Under the pieces are notes generated by a model. That model was not told where the DNA came from. It ran no database searches and saw only the letters and a program-made list of their open reading frames with translations. DNA of 64,000 bases from Podarcis melisellensis (taxonomy: Eukaryota): NCBI GenBank assembly GCA_964234715.1, contig OZ174289.1, one strand, 5' to 3'. The position numbers and the translations under genes were made by a program. Every line of letters starts with the position of its first letter. Position 1 is the stretch's first letter. Below are positions 11,005-25,282 of this stretch, piece after piece.

Positions 11005-13790
11005 GGTGTTTTAATACACTGTCCCTTTAATAGCTATTCTTGACATCTCTGTAGCAACAGAAAATAACATTTTTCCAATGTTTACAATATTAGTTGGTCC
11101 CCAAAAAGGATGCACTCTCACTTGTTCCTAAATCAGACTCTTTCTAGGCTACAAAAGGGCTAATAATAGATCCCATTATATCAGGGGTGGGGAATCGGTG
11201 GCCCTCCAGATGTTGTTGGACGCCATCTCCCATCAGCCCCAGCAAGCATGCCCAATGGTTAGGGATGATGGGAGTTGTAGTTCAGCAACATCTGGCAGGC
11301 CACATACCCCCCATTACATCTAAGGACTAGAAATGTGAAAAGCATCTTTAAAAAAATACTGCACAAATGTAAAGCAAACAGACATTTATCATCCTACATT
11401 TATGCTGAATAGCCTTTTATATAAATCATTGGACTGTGCATGGGCAGTGTAAGCCCAAATGTTAATATTCAATCACATAGCCTAGTTATATTGCTTCCTT
11501 TGTAGCTGACGTTACCAAGAACAACAAAAGTTATCTCTTCACTGCGTTAAAATAACTCAGACACTTGTCCATGCCAGAGAACTAATTTGGCCATCGTGGC
11601 ATCACCACTCTGAATAAACGTCTTGGTGCTGACTCAGTCTTGTCTGTTGATAGTTCAGAAGGGGATAAGTAACAGCTACACTACTGAGCAAAAGTGGGGG
11701 GGGGGGACTACTGAGGAAAGGCTGCAGCTCATTGGTAGAGCATCTGTTTTGCATGCAGAAGATCCCATGTTCTATCTCCACGGAGGGCTGTCTTAAATCC
11801 TGGACAGCTGCTGTCAATCAGTGTAGACAATATTGAGCTAGATGTAAAAGTGGTCTGGCTCAGTAAAAGGCAGTTTCCTGCACTCCTTCCTTGAGCAAAA
11901 TGAATGGATGCTTTTCTTTTCTTCATTTTGCATCACTCAGGCATAGCTGTCAACTTTTGGATTTAAAAATAAGGGATCAGCAGCCTCGAAAATAAGGGAT
12001 CAGCAGCCTCACCTGTCCCGGGGACAGTCTACGGGATATCTAACAATCTGGGATACAAGCAGGAAACAGCACTGAAATAAGGGAATTTCCCGCAAAAAAA
12101 AGGGAAGGTTGACAGCTATGCACTCAGGTGGTAGCCACCAGGGCTCTTCATGTGTGTGCCATAATCAAGCACAGTGGTAGACCACAAACCACCAGTGCAG
12201 AAGACACTAGGTCCAAACCCTGATATCTGCAGTTAAAAGACGGGTTTGGAACCATTTCACCCATAAGGCTGTACTCCCTTCTGGGCACCTTTCCTGGGAC
12301 TGCATGCCAGACAAAATGGGTAGAATAATAGAGGAGCCTTTTACATGTGTACAGTAAGCTACATTTCTTCATCTACCAACCAAGCAAACAAGATCCATTC
12401 TCATGGATCAGGGGCAGGTTCCAGTCAGGCAAAAGCACTCGAGGAGTGCACAGATCAAGGCTGGTGAGGGTTCAGCCTGGGGTGAAGAGTCCTGTAGGCT
12501 GGACAGAGGGGGCCATGTTTGGCCTGCAGATGGGAGATTCTTCACCCCCTAAATTAAAAGGGAACAGGGAAAAGGCCTTTCTCTGTTGGGGACCCTGCTT
12601 GTCACAGTCTGTCAGTCACAATTCTGGGCTAAGGAAGCAAATAGTATAACCTGAAAATAAGAGCCTGGTGGCTGGTCCATCTAAGGCCAGCACTCTGTTC
12701 TCACAGTGGCCAACCAGATGCCCAGCAGGAGCCCACAAGGAGAACTTGAGCACAACAGCACTCTCTCCACTTGCTGTTCCCAGCAACAGGTATTCACAGG
12801 CATACTGCCTCCAACAGTGGAGGGGGACCATAGCCACCCGGTGAAAAGCAACTTCCTATGTCTCTGTTAGGGTTAGGGTTCTCTGCAGTCTTGCAGAAGT
12901 TTCAGCTTCTTTTCAGCAAGTGCCTACTTCCTTAACATTGCAAACATAAAAATGTTTTTCTTTGTGTGGGTGATACTTGCTATAGCATTGGATGCCAAAA
13001 TAGTGGTCAAATAGTATTTCTCTAAGCCAGAAGGCAAGCCTGTGTACAGGCTCCTTGGCCCTCCCAATGATTAGCAAAAATGGGGTGCATTGTCCAAATA
13101 GTAAAAATTGCAAATAATAGCACAGTCGAATGCAAGTTTGCATGAACAGATAAGATAATTGATCAGTGTTTCCAGGTAGTGATACTGATCCAGATACTGA
13201 TTCCCTTAACACATACCCCTGATTATAACTGGAAGAGAAATGGGTGAGTAAAGACACACTTCCCATAAAATCAGACATACACAGTTTTGCCCACTTAAAG
13301 ACTCTTCAGCTCTGGAAACTAGCATAAAGGCTTGATACAAAATTAGTGGAGGAATGGGATGAAACTTGGAATGGAAAACGAAGATGTTTTAGCAAGCTGA
13401 GTAGAAAATCATTCAGTTTGTTTTTCTAAAACATTAAGCATGTTATCACTGATCGGATAAAAGCCTTTGTTTTCTCTGTGCCAGGTGTACTTCAGCCTGA
13501 GGGTGGTGCAGGTTCTACTTGTGCGTAGGAGTCCAAATGGTGGGATGACCAACATGTCACAAACTGTAGCACCATTGCCTCTTAATAACTTCCTGTAAAG
13601 CAGAAAATCAAAAGATGAAAATAAGGTCCAAAATGAAACAGTTGTGCTTAACATCATGATAAATAGAAACAAAAGCTAAAGTCAGGCTTGTAATTTTGCA
13701 CTCAGGTGGACGCTGGTCACATTTATGGTTCTACTGAAAAATGGGGCATGGTTGGGGTCTGGTTGGGTCACAAACTTCCTTGGCAGGCTT
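11005..13790 (-). other. ZC4H2: Putative ZC4H2 3' UTR with candidate poly(A) signal
   Basis: Downstream of the stop codon. Minus-strand ATTAAA at 11026-11031 and 11010-11015 is followed by a U/GU-rich tract (TTTTTGTTTACC). The end point is inferred only. Confidence 0.4.
11942..12120. mobile_element. hAT MITE, young
   Basis: TIRs CATAGCTGTCAAC / GTTGACAGCTATG with a perfect 8-bp TSD CACTCAGG (11934-11941, 12121-12128). Internal 22-bp tandem duplication. Confidence 0.9.
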
Positions 13791-13928
<138 letters not shown>

Positions 13929-14315
13929 TTAGGAAAGTGGTTTTTCCCTGGAAAGCCAGGGTGAGCAGCTTCTTCACCTTGATGGTTCAAGACACAGCCT
14001 GGCCAAGTTTCCTCAGAAGACAACAAACACATACCAGCTGGGAGAAACTCTCTCATAATACTAGAACTCAAGAGCCACCTGATAAAAACAACTGGCAGCA
14101 GGAGGTTACAGGACAGCTGAAAGAAAGACTTCCTCATCACACTAAGCACAATCACCTGCAAGGAACATCCCTTAAGTTTATTCTAAGATGGCCCAGGACC
14201 ATGTCTAAGCTTGCAAAAATAAACAAAGCTGGAGAGAGTGTGGTAACATGGGCTCATATTTCCATATCCTGTACAGTTGGGGCATGAGGTAGCACAAGCA
14301 TTCTGGCATAAGGTA

Positions 14316-14557
14316 CAGTGGTACCTCGGGTTAAGAACTTAATTCGTTCTGGAGGTCTGTTCTTAACCTGAAACTGTTCTTATCCTGAAGCACCACTTTA
14401 GCTAATGGGGCCTCCTGCTGCTGCTGTGCCGCCGGAGCACAATTTCTGTTCTCATCCTGAAGCAAAGTTCCTAACCCGAGGTACTATTTCTGGGTTAGCG
14501 GAGTCTGAAACCTGAAGCGTATGTAACCTGAAGTGTATGTAACCTGAGGTACCACTG
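14316..14557 (+). mobile_element. Tc1/mariner (Tigger-like) MITE in ZC4H2 intron 4
   Basis: Same family as 2169-2387; TA-flanked CAGTGGTACCTC TIRs. Confidence 0.9.
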
Positions 14558-15047
14558 TATTTGAAGCAATAGCCAACCTGTAGAGCCAGACCCAACACTT
14601 GTGCTGCATTCTCTTAACATTAACATTAGAAATCTCTTCAGCATGAGGAATTAGTATGTCTTTAACTGCAGCCCAGCTTGAAATTGCGCAACATCGGTCA
14701 TGGAAAGAGGGGATCCCTTCTTACAACTGGATCAATAATTATGGGAAGTGCCATCTCATGAGACATAGAAGAGCAGTGAAAGGGGTTACAAAAACGGATA
14801 ATTCTGGTGAACTGAAAATCTTGTTTCTTTTTTTTCTTTTTTTGCATTTGTGAATAAAGGGAAAAGTTTCCCCTCTCACATCTCAAGAGGGCCTTTGGAG
14901 AGGAAATGCTGACTAATAACCTAGAGTTTTATACTTAGAATTTATTCTGTGAACTGGCACATGATCCTGGAGGGTGAAGGGTGCCACAAAGTGTTGTTTG
15001 GCTGCTGGATTGCCTGACCACCAGTGACCCAAAAGGTGTGTCCTTAC

Positions 15048-15210
15048 CTTCATGGGTGGGGGTTGCTGTCTGAATGTTGCTGTCTGTCTGGTGTCCTGTT
15101 TCCTGGCCACCTGTAGCTGTTGAGCAGCAGCTGCAGCCGCAGCCAAAGATTCTGGGATAGGAGGTTCCTGTGGTTCTGTTTGCCATTCAGCTTTCTGCTT
15201 TTCGAAGTAG
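15048..15210 (-). CDS. ZC4H2: ZC4H2 coding exon 4 ([54 protein letters not shown])
   Basis: Within ORF 14913..15455. TAG|C acceptor and AAG|GTAAG donor; 163 nt. Confidence 0.97.
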
Positions 15211-15480
15211 CTAAATAAAGAAGAAAAACTAATACAGGCTATGCAGAATCGCTGCCACTCTGATTCTTTCGGGGAGCTTACATTAGCCTTCACTGACCTG
15301 GTGCAATCCAGATGTTTTTGACCACAATTCCCACCAGCCCCAGCTAGCACAGCTGATGGGAGCTGTAGTCTGAAACATCTGGAGGGCACAAGGCTGGGGC
15401 AGACCTTTGTTTTGATCCAGTAGTGTTTTCCTTGTGTTCTTATGCTGCCACTCACTGACAGACACGGGGAAACAAGAGAA

Positions 15481-15822
15481 GCCTCATCTGCGATACATAT
15501 TTAAAGCAGTTTTATAACAGTTTAAACAGGTACACCTTCCCCCAAAGAATCCTGGGAACTGTAGTTTGTTAAGAACACTGAGAGTTGTTAAGAGACACAC
15601 ACATACACACTTCCTCTCCCAGAGATGCAATTCCTAGAGTGGTTTGACATTCAATGACTCTTCCCAGGGAACTCTGGGAGTTACAGCACTGGGGATAGGG
15701 GATAGAGAGTCTAAAAACTCTCAGTCCCCTTAACAAACTACATCTCCCAGGGTTCTTTGGGGGGAAGCCATGACATTTTAAAGTTGTATGATACTGCTTT
15801 AAATGTATAGGGCAGTTGAGGC
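15481..15822. mobile_element. Palindromic MITE (possibly PIF/Harbinger-type)
   Basis: Long imperfect self-complementarity: GCCTCATCTGC..TTTAAAGCAGT..CTTCCCCCAAAGAATCCTGGGA..GTAGTTTGTTAAG versus CTTAACAAACTAC..TCCCAGGGTTCTTTGGGGGGAAG..ACTGCTTTAAA..GCAGTTGAGGC. Confidence 0.7.
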
Positions 15823-16548
15823 CAAAGATGACTCTTCCAAAATATTATGGGGAATATTCAACTTCTGGGAGTAGTCAACTCAGAGCTGCCATTTTGAACA
15901 CCTGCCATGTGTCAGGTGTCATGTTCCATCCTGAGCACCTGTTCCTAACGTTTTTGAACTACTATCTTCAAAATATATCATGTGAAGTATAAAGTGTACG
16001 CTTCAGGTATTGAATAGACTGCTTCTCCTTTCATCCCTACAGGTGCTTCCCTATATCTTTGATATCAGTAGGAAGACTATTGATGTTAGAATGCTGGATG
16101 GAAATCTCTCTATCAAAGTGAGGTATCCCATTTGTGGTAGATTTCCATCCAGCATCTCCAAACTAACACCTGGCAATCAGAGGAAAGCTACTCATAGTTG
16201 GCAAACTCTAAACTGCTTGCAATCAGCAAGCTTCCCAATCTATGCAAAGTATTAGTGAGAGCTGTACTTAAGCCATCTATCCGCAATCCTGGATCTCCTC
16301 CTTGTCATTCCATCACCTGTGTGTGTCTCCTTCAGAAAGCTACTTTCAAAAGCAGCAGGATGGCTAGAACATATTGCATCAAACAGGACATCACCTGCAG
16401 GTACTGGGTAATTCAATACATAGCATCGAATGCAGAACTGCAATATGTCATGTCCAATACATAGGTAAAACTACAACCAACCTACACTGACATTTCAGAA
16501 ACCACAAATAAGCAATTTTTACACACACATGTGGAGCAGCCTGTGACT

Positions 16549-16827
16549 CAGGGTGGTCCAACTTTCCATACCAAATGGGCCACAAGAGTATTTAGGGGAA
16601 GTGAAGCCCTCTCGCTGCCTTCCCAAACCTGGCTAAGTGAGGTACTGAGTTTTGGGAAGAATGCTCAAGGCTCTGGCAGGGTCTTCAATCCCTCCCACCT
16701 CCTTGCCAAGGCTAGGGAAGTGCTAACTGGGCTTTGGGAAGGCGGTGTGAGGGCTGCAAGGGGGTGGGTGTCAAATGTTACCAAGGGCCATGACAAGGCC
16801 CCAAGGGCTGCATATTGGACCACCTTG
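16549..16827. mobile_element. hAT MITE
   Basis: TIRs CAGGGTGGTCCAA / TTGGACCACCTTG; 8-bp TSD CTGTGACT / CTGTTACT. Confidence 0.75.
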
Positions 16828-17311
16828 CTGTTACTAAACACCTCAGTTCTGAGAAGCACAGCCAGACAGACTTCTCAATAATTGCTTTAGAGATGTCTGC
16901 AGATCCAACAGCCTTGCAAAAAGGGAGAACTTCTGCATGCACATGCTGGACACATTAACACAGCATGACCTCTACCATCACTAGGCTTCAGCGAAGGAGG
17001 GTCTTCTGAGCATTCCATTCTCAAAGCTCTATAATTGCTGGCTTGGGAATAGTATCATTTTTGCCACAGCAATTGATGAATGCAGAAGCGAGAATGTTTT
17101 ACTATAAGAATTTACAGTTTCTGTTTTTAAGCCTTAGAGAACAATAAACAAAACCTCCAAAAGCATGATCCTCAAGTAAAGAGAGATCCAAAGGGCCTAC
17201 AGAATACTGGACATAGTCCATCACAGCACCCTGCATACACATCCCCTCTTCATTGTGCTTGAGAAGCTGTTTGCCTCTCAGGACCTGAAAGCAGGTGCCT
17301 AAGCTTTTAAC

Positions 17312-17698
17312 TGATCGCCGAAGAATAGATGCTTTTGAATTATTGTGCTGGAGGAGACTCTTGAGAGTCCCATGGACTGCAAGAAGATCCAACCTCTCCA
17401 TTCTTAAGGAAATCAGCCCTGAGTGCTCACTGGAAGGACAGATCCTGAAGCTGAGGCTCCAATACTTTGGCCACCTCACGAGAAGAGAAGACTCCCTGGA
17501 AAAGACCCTGATGTTGGGAAAGATGGAGGGCACAAGGAGAAGGGGACGGCAGAGGACGAGATGGTTGGACAGTGTTCTTGAAGCTACCAGCATGAGTTTG
17601 ACCAAACTGCGGGAGGCAGTGGAAGACAGGAGTGCCTGGCGTGCTCTGGTCCATGGGGTCATGAAGAGTCGGACATGACTAAATGACAAAACAACAAC
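17312..17698 (+). mobile_element. RTE-BovB LINE, 5'-truncated 3' fragment
   Basis: ORF 17295..17678 (RRRIDAFEL.CWRRLLRVPWTARRSN.SILKEISPECSLEG..LKL.LQYFGHL.RR.DSLEKTLMLGK.EG.RRRGRQR.RWLD) is the BovB C-terminus. (CAA)n tail; TSD AAGCTTTTAAC at 17301-17311 and 17699-17709. Confidence 0.93.
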
Positions 17699-17727
17699 AA
17701 GCTTTTAACAAAAAGTGTGTCAGCTTA

Positions 17728-18000
<273 letters not shown>

Positions 18001-18855
18001 TTACATTCAGGTGAATATTTAAAAGAGACCAATGAAACCATGATAAAGAGAGTCACCTGGGATACGGAAAGTCCATGCTAGATTCTGCAGGAGGCCAGAA
18101 ACAGCACAGGTTGTGGGAACAGAAGCTGAAGTCAATGCCCTGAGAACCTCAGTTTTAAAAATCAAGTTTCTAGGTCTTACGGTTGTGAAGAGATGTTTGT
18201 GGACTGCTGCAGTATCAGAAACCAGAGAGGTGGCTGAATAAGATTCCCTGTACAAATTCATTTCCTGTTTATTCCTGTTTCCCCTGTTTCCTGTTTCTGT
18301 CACTTTCCCAGTGCTGAGTTTCCCAGTGCTGAGCTATCCTCTCTTAGTGACTACATAAAATACATTGATGGTGCCATAAAATATTAACAATAATATTCGT
18401 ATTGGGCGGGATTCTAGACCTTTCTCTCTCACTCACTCTTTGTCCCTCTCTCTGCTTCCCACCCCCCATCAAGCATTGTAGCAAGATCATAAATAATGAA
18501 CATAACATCTTCTTTTCTACCACCTTTTTGCACAGTGACATAAAGTTCAATAGTTGAATGTTTTGTTCACATAAAAGTTGCTCTGAGTTCCCTTCTGCCT
18601 AGCCTGTCAGGGGGGAAAGTGAAATAACAAATCTTGGACAGACAACATTTTTTGCAACCAGGTCTGGGAAGCAAATGAATTCAGCACACATTTCTGAGGA
18701 GTAGCAACTAAGAGGGAAAGCACAACATTAGTAGGAGATAAGCCTTCACACTATGCTAGGTTACTCAGGAGTACACCCAACAAATGCAAAAGTCATGCTT
18801 ACTCCCAGTTAAGTATGCATAAGACTGCAACTCGAATGATCATGAAAACTCATTA

Positions 18856-19137
<282 letters not shown>

Positions 19138-19880
19138 TTAAATCATTCCAACCACAGTCATAAATGTCAGGTGATGAGGCTGAGCTCCAAAGAAAGTGGG
19201 TTTTGGCAGCATGTTCAAATCTGGGCGTCATAAACCGAGAGATGCACAACCATCACACCTGCAGCCCCTTTGCTCCTGCATCATTCCTTACTTCATACAA
19301 AACAACCCCCAAATCTACAGTCAACCATAGCTTCCTGTTACACACAACTGGCAAACAATGGTTAACTGTTTCTAGTCTGGATATGAAGGGTTAAAGTTGG
19401 CTTTAAAATCTTGACTTGTTCCGAAGCCATAGTTTCCTGGTTCTAACACTACAGGTTATGGTTAGCTGTCACTTCCTAGCTTTTCCACTTGCTCATTTTT
19501 AAATAATAAAATTTAAAGAGCAGATGCCACATATGTGCCATTTTTAGCTTCAAATGCAATTTGGCAATTTTTGACCAGTCAGCTGACTGGCATGTCAAAT
19601 GTACAATCAACATATCTAACTGGCACATGGTTCATTTCTTGCTTAACTCATTACTTAATGCAAGGTATTTGGGCACAACTCAGTGACTTAGCAGGGAAGA
19701 AAAAGCACTGGTGCTTCCAGTATCAGAGGCAGTACCATTTTTAGGGGAACATGAATGGGAGAGTGCTATTGTGCTGATATCCTTATGAGCTTCCTGTAGG
19801 CATCTTGTTGGCCACTGTGGGAAAAGAATGCTGGACTAGCTGGGCCTTTGGAATAACAGGGCTTTACTTATGAGCATAAA

Positions 19881-20236
19881 AGGATGTGAGTGGCGCTGTG
19901 GGTTAAACCACAGAGCCTAGGACTTGCTGTTCAGAAGGTCGGCAGCTTGAACCCCGCAACGGGGTGAGCTCCCATTCCAGCTCCTGCCAACCTAGCAGTT
20001 CGAAAGCACATCAAAGTGCAAGTAGATAAATAGGTACCACCCCGGCGGGAAGGTAAACGGTGTTTCCATGCACTGATGTGGTTCGCCAGAAGTGGCTTAG
20101 TTATGCTGGCCACATGACCTGGAAGCTGTCTGCAGACAAACGCCGGCTCCCTCGGCCTATAGAGCGAGATGAGCGCCGCAACCCCAGAGTCGGCCATGAC
20201 TGGACCTAATGGTCAGGGGGCCCTATACCCTTTACC
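19881..20236 (+). mobile_element. Sauria (Squam1-type) SINE, full length
   Basis: Head GTGGCGCTGTGGGTTAAACCACAGAGCCTAGG; CCTTTACC tail; 15-bp TSD TTACTTATGAGCATA (19864-19878, 20237-20251). Confidence 0.92.
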
Positions 20237-23200
20237 TTACTTATGAGCATAGGAAGTTGCCTATACCGAGTTGGGATCATCTAGCTCAGAGCTGTCTGCA
20301 CTGACTGGCAGTGGCTCTCCACTTTTATAAACAGGAGTTTTCACTCCTGACCATTGAACCCGGGACTTTCTGCATGTAAAGCAGGTGCTTCACCACTTAG
20401 CTCTAGCCCTACCCTGTTGGATCTCAGTCCCCAGGACCACCACATCTAAGGCAGCCAACTCTTCTTTGTAGCCTCTGCCTGGTGAAACCTCCTCTATACA
20501 CCTTAACTTTTAGATTGCCATTTTCTGCACTGCTTCTGTTGCCCCTCTCTTTCCCATTACAGCACATCATTAGCACCAAGGCTTCAACAACAGGAGAAAA
20601 TGGAGTCGTATCATATCTTTTGCCACCTAGCTCTGCATGGGCCTCCTCAGCTGCAGTGGAAATGATCAGAGAGATGCCGTCCCTATTCTCATTACGGCCT
20701 CACCTGCAGCCTACAATGCCATAACGGCTCCGCCACCAGCTGTCGCCCCCTTCTCTCAAGCCTCATGCACTCACACTTCCAAGAACACATTGAACAAAAG
20801 AGCACACTTTTGCACACACTTTTCCTGGTCTCCTCAGCACATTTTGCCGCAGCTCAGAACAAATGGGAGGATGAAGACTTGCAGCGATGCCATCTTTTTG
20901 TTCAGAATGGAACACGTAGCACAGTGGCAGAAGGAGAGAAAACCCTGAGCTCACTAACAAAATGACTGGTTTCTCTTCAGAAGAGTCCCAAGTTCAATTT
21001 ATTGCATCATCTCCACCGACACCTTCACACAGCAGGGCAGGAGTCTACATGAGACATTGTGGGGGGGAATTCCTGCCATTCAGAGTAGACCATATTTCCT
21101 TAAGTAGGTTACATGTCTGACTCAGGATAAGCCAGCCCTATATATTCAGAGGGTTCATCTCTTTGGGGGAAATAGTGTTCTTTACAATGATAGAAGAAAT
21201 GGAAAAAGAGAGAAAAGTTTAGGCTACCTCTAGCATAACTAGGATGTCAGAGGAGGAATTAAGGTACAACAGAGCATCATAACTAAGAGAGAAGGAAACC
21301 TGAGAAGGGGGGAGCTTTCAGTCAAGTCGCTGTTGTTATAAATTGAATAAAATAATAACAATTTGCCATTAATTTATCAGTTTTGATTTTCCCCTATGCC
21401 CTTCTCTGTTCCTGGCTCAACTTTTCATTCAAGGCTACTTGTAATGCCCTGTGTTATCCCTACAAGCAAATCTGTAACCAGTGAGTTATAAAAACCCACC
21501 CTTAAATAAGGAGAGGAGAGCATTGGACATTAGAAGCCAGAATAGTCTTCAAAATAATAATAATGAAAAAGCTATAGAACGATCAGTATCTCCTCCTCCT
21601 TCATTCATCAATCTAATAAAATCATGTCTCAAAACTCATTCCTATGGTGTTTCACTTCTATTTTGGGCATTCATGTGCTGGCTGTATAACTAGATTATCT
21701 GGGTGTTTTGCATTAGAAACCCAAAGCACAATTCAAATTTGACACAATGAAAACACTGAAGTTAATTATAGAACAATAAAATCCATCTGAAATCATCAAC
21801 ACAACAGCATTTTTAAAAAAAAATCCAGCATGAGGGAGGCGTGGTGTCAGAATCTAACCCACTAGACAAATGTGCCTACTGTAAATAAAAGATACAGAGT
21901 GCCTCCAGACTGTCAATTTGTGTGTGTGAGGGATTTATGCAGTTAAATTGGATTAAAGAGATCTGCCACCGTAGCATAACAAAGAAATGGTCTTTCTGCA
22001 GGTTGAAAAGTGATGGGAAAATGCATTGGAAAGAGTGGGGTGAATAGGAGAAAATCTTATATGTACACAACAAGGAAATCAGGATGAAATCTCAATAAAC
22101 ACCCCTGAAAAATGAAATGGCCTCACATGGCACCTTAAAAGGCAAGTGTCTGGGGAGTACTTTCTGTTAAAGAGGGTGCTACCATTGAAAAGGTCCTCTC
22201 TCCAGTAACCACCTGCCTCACTTTGTTAGAGGCTGAGGACAGGAGACCCTGGAAAAGGCACTCTGTAGAACAGACTTTTGTTTTTTCATGGTCTGATGAC
22301 TAGATACAAATAAACTAATTGGATCTCTGTACAGAGGCAGCTATCTGTAAGTTGTCGACTACAACATAATCAGCACTGGCCAGCACAGCTAATATTTATG
22401 AATTATGGGAGTTGTAGTCCAAAACTGGGAGGGCACCACGTTGGTTACTCCTGTGCAGAAGATCTCAAGATCCAAATATGTATGCATTGGAGAAAGCAAT
22501 CCTTCAAGGAGCCTGGCCCAAACTGCTCAGGATTTTATAGGTTAATACAACAGAGCTAGAGCATAAGAGCTAGAGCATCATCCTTGCATACAGAAAGTCA
22601 GAAGTTCATCCCCAGGTAGGGGTTGGAGAGACTCCCTGCCTGAAATCCTGGGGACTTGCTGCCAATCAGTGTTGGCAACTGTGTTGGCATTCTGGTCTGA
22701 TTCGGTATGAGGCAGCTTCCTATGGTGACTCTGCCTTCACAAAAAGACTTAGACAAGGTAAATGAAACAATAAGAAGAGCATAATGTTCATATTATTTAA
22801 AACACCACATTAAAAGTGAAAGAGGAATGGTGCTTTGCAAACTACATATGTCCCAGTAACATGCACTACCGTCCACTTTATAAAAATGTAAAAGGTTCCA
22901 TTGCATGGAAGGGTGGGCATTCCCAGCTCATTGTGTGTGTTTGTGTGTGTTGGAGGGAGGCTTTAGAAAACTGCAGCAGCTGTGCTCAGTCCATTATTCC
23001 TTTCTTTTGTGTGTCTCCAATCTACTCCCTTAATAAGCAGGGGAGTTGATCCCCCTGCAAATAAGAGAAAGGAAAGAAAACTGACTATGCTTTGCATCCC
23101 TATATTTACCAAGGCCCTTCTCTTTTCCACAAGAGAAGGGAAACAAGGTGTGTGTGTCTAGAATGACACTATTTTCTGGTGATATTCACATACAGGCAAA

Positions 23201-24332
23201 TTGCACAGGTTGTGAAATTAAAGTTGATTTGGAACTCATGCACAACAAAACCGCTTCCTCCCCCAAATCAAACTTTTTTGCACTGGAATGTGTGGGACAG
23301 GCACAATGTCAAATAACCTCTCTGTAAACAAATCAGAATAAATGCTCAATAAATATCTGGTGTCTAAACCTCCCTGCAAACTTGTGCAAACAAATCAGGA
23401 TGAATGTTCAACAAACAGGTCATCTGGAAGGTTATCTGTGTTAGGCAGATAAAAACTTGTAATGAAGATTTCCCCAATACAAATTCTGCCTCATCCTCTC
23501 TTGGCAAGGATATACCCAAATTCACCTGTCTTCTACCTTGACTATTTCCGAAAGTGTTTCAGCTTAGGAGGAATCACATCTTTAACTTAGAAATCTATCT
23601 TCCAACTTTGTTCATTGTCAGAGCTGCTCATCCATCAAAACTGCTTTATGTTGCTAAAAAAATTACTGTTTCCAATACCCAGTTACAAGGGAGCAAGCCT
23701 TACTGAACCCAGTGGGACTTCTTCCTGAGTAAGCATGCACAGCATCAGACTTATTAATTTGTTTCCTGAGGCATCCTTCCATAAAGAATGTAGCAGCTTT
23801 AATACAGAACAGCTTTTGACAACCAGGTGCCCTCCAGATGTTATTGGACTACAACTCTCACTCGCTATGCTGGCTGAGGCTGGTGGGAGTTATAGTTTAA
23901 CATCTGGAGGGGACTAGGTTGGTAGAGGCTGATACAAAGCAACTATAATGATAATAATGGACGATTTTCTGCAAATGTATGGTCCATAATTCCGCTGTGC
24001 ATGTTTTATGTGCATTCAACATAAGTCAGTCTGGGGCCGCTTCCCCCTCCCCCCGTCTGTTGCTCTCAAAAGAAGCTCCATTTAAAATCCAATGGACCTT
24101 TTGTGTGACATTTATAGTAGCTACTTTTACACTAGCATAAATTAGCCACTCTTTCACAGTGGAAAAGGAAAACGGGCGCGAGGAGAAATTAAGCTGCAAT
24201 CCGACGCACGCATTTTCCTGGAAGTAAACCACGACAGACACAGAAGGGATGCATTCGGAATAAACATGCGTGGAATCGGGCTGTATATCACCATCCTTTC
24301 TAAAAACGGCACACAAACAACGGAAGCCTTAC

Positions 24333-24385
24333 CTGATCTCTTTGATGCTTTCAAGTTTGCACATGATTTCCTGTTCATCAGCCAT
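24333..24385 (-). CDS. ZC4H2: ZC4H2 coding exon 1 (MADEQEIMCKLESIKEIR)
   Basis: The reverse complement reads ATGGCTGATGAACAGGAAATCATGTGC...GAGATCAG|GTAAG. It is 53 nt, phase 2, and matches the recalled ZC4H2 N-terminus. It is too short for the ORF track. Confidence 0.96.
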
Positions 24386-24700
24386 GCTTTCTCATTCGCG
24401 ATTTTAACCTCCCGTGGAAATGAACAAAATAATAGCAGGCAAAGAGGAGGGAGAAAGGAAAATCCAATACAATAGACACAATGTAGCCGCCCCGACCGTG
24501 CTTCTGAACGCAAAGACTGCGGTAGGGGAGAGCGAGACCTCTCGGGACTTCGAGTTCAGATTGTAATAGCGGTCCAGGCTCACTTAGGCGGCCAAGACTA
24601 CAAGGCCCACAATGCAAAGCGCGGAGCTACTGCTCTCTTTCTTCCGGCAACCTCTCTTTGCATTTGTCACAGCTAATTATGTCCAGTGGTCATTAGGAGT
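24386..24700 (-). promoter_or_regulatory. ZC4H2 5' UTR and proximal promoter (moderately CpG-enriched)
   Basis: Local CpG enrichment over ~24040-24650 surrounds coding exon 1, against CpG-poor flanks. Confidence 0.6.
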
Positions 24701-25028
24701 GCAAATGAGTGAGATGCGTTTTCCTAGAGTGTTTTTTTGTTTTGTTTTTAGTGGAGATTGGAGAGTGGAGATTATGGATCTTTCCATTTAATTCATCAAA
24801 TGAATTAAAAACTACAACCTCTATTTGACAAAATTTGAATAAAATGCCATATAAAAATTACATAGTTACTTTGTGCTATATATAGTCAATAGACGGTAGA
24901 ATAGAGTAATGTATATTGTACGAAAGAAGAGCAAGTTGCACAAAGCTATGTGTGTATGTGTGTGTGAGAGAGAGAGTATTGTTTTGTGTGAGCTTTGTGC
25001 AACATAGACAGCCCCCCTTTTTGAAATA

Positions 25029-25282
25029 CAGTCATATCTCGGGTTAAATATGCTTCAGGTTGAGCATTTTCAGGTTACCCTCCACGGCGACCCGGAAGTA
25101 ACGGAACGCATTACTTCTGGGTTTCGCCACTCGCACATGTGCAGACACTCAAAATGTTGTCATGCGCATGCGCAGAAGCGGTGAATCGCGACCCGCACAG
25201 ACGTGCAGTCGCGAGCTGCATTCCACTCGGGATGTGAACAGGGCTGCAGAACGGACCCCGTTCGCATCCAGAGGTACCACTA
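25029..25282. mobile_element. Tc1/mariner MITE, related subfamily with CpG-rich interior
   Basis: TA|CAGTCATATCTCGGGTTA ... CAGAGGTACCACTA|TA; degenerate versions of the CAGTGGTACCTC TIR. Confidence 0.7.

Noticed and set aside
11718-11780. tRNA-Ala-like sequence (also the heads at 8143 and 19881)
   Set aside because: The cloverleaf is degenerate and continues into a shared SINE body; these are SINE heads, not tRNA genes.
17102-17689. 195-aa minus-strand ORF
   Set aside because: It is the antisense shadow of the BovB fragment.
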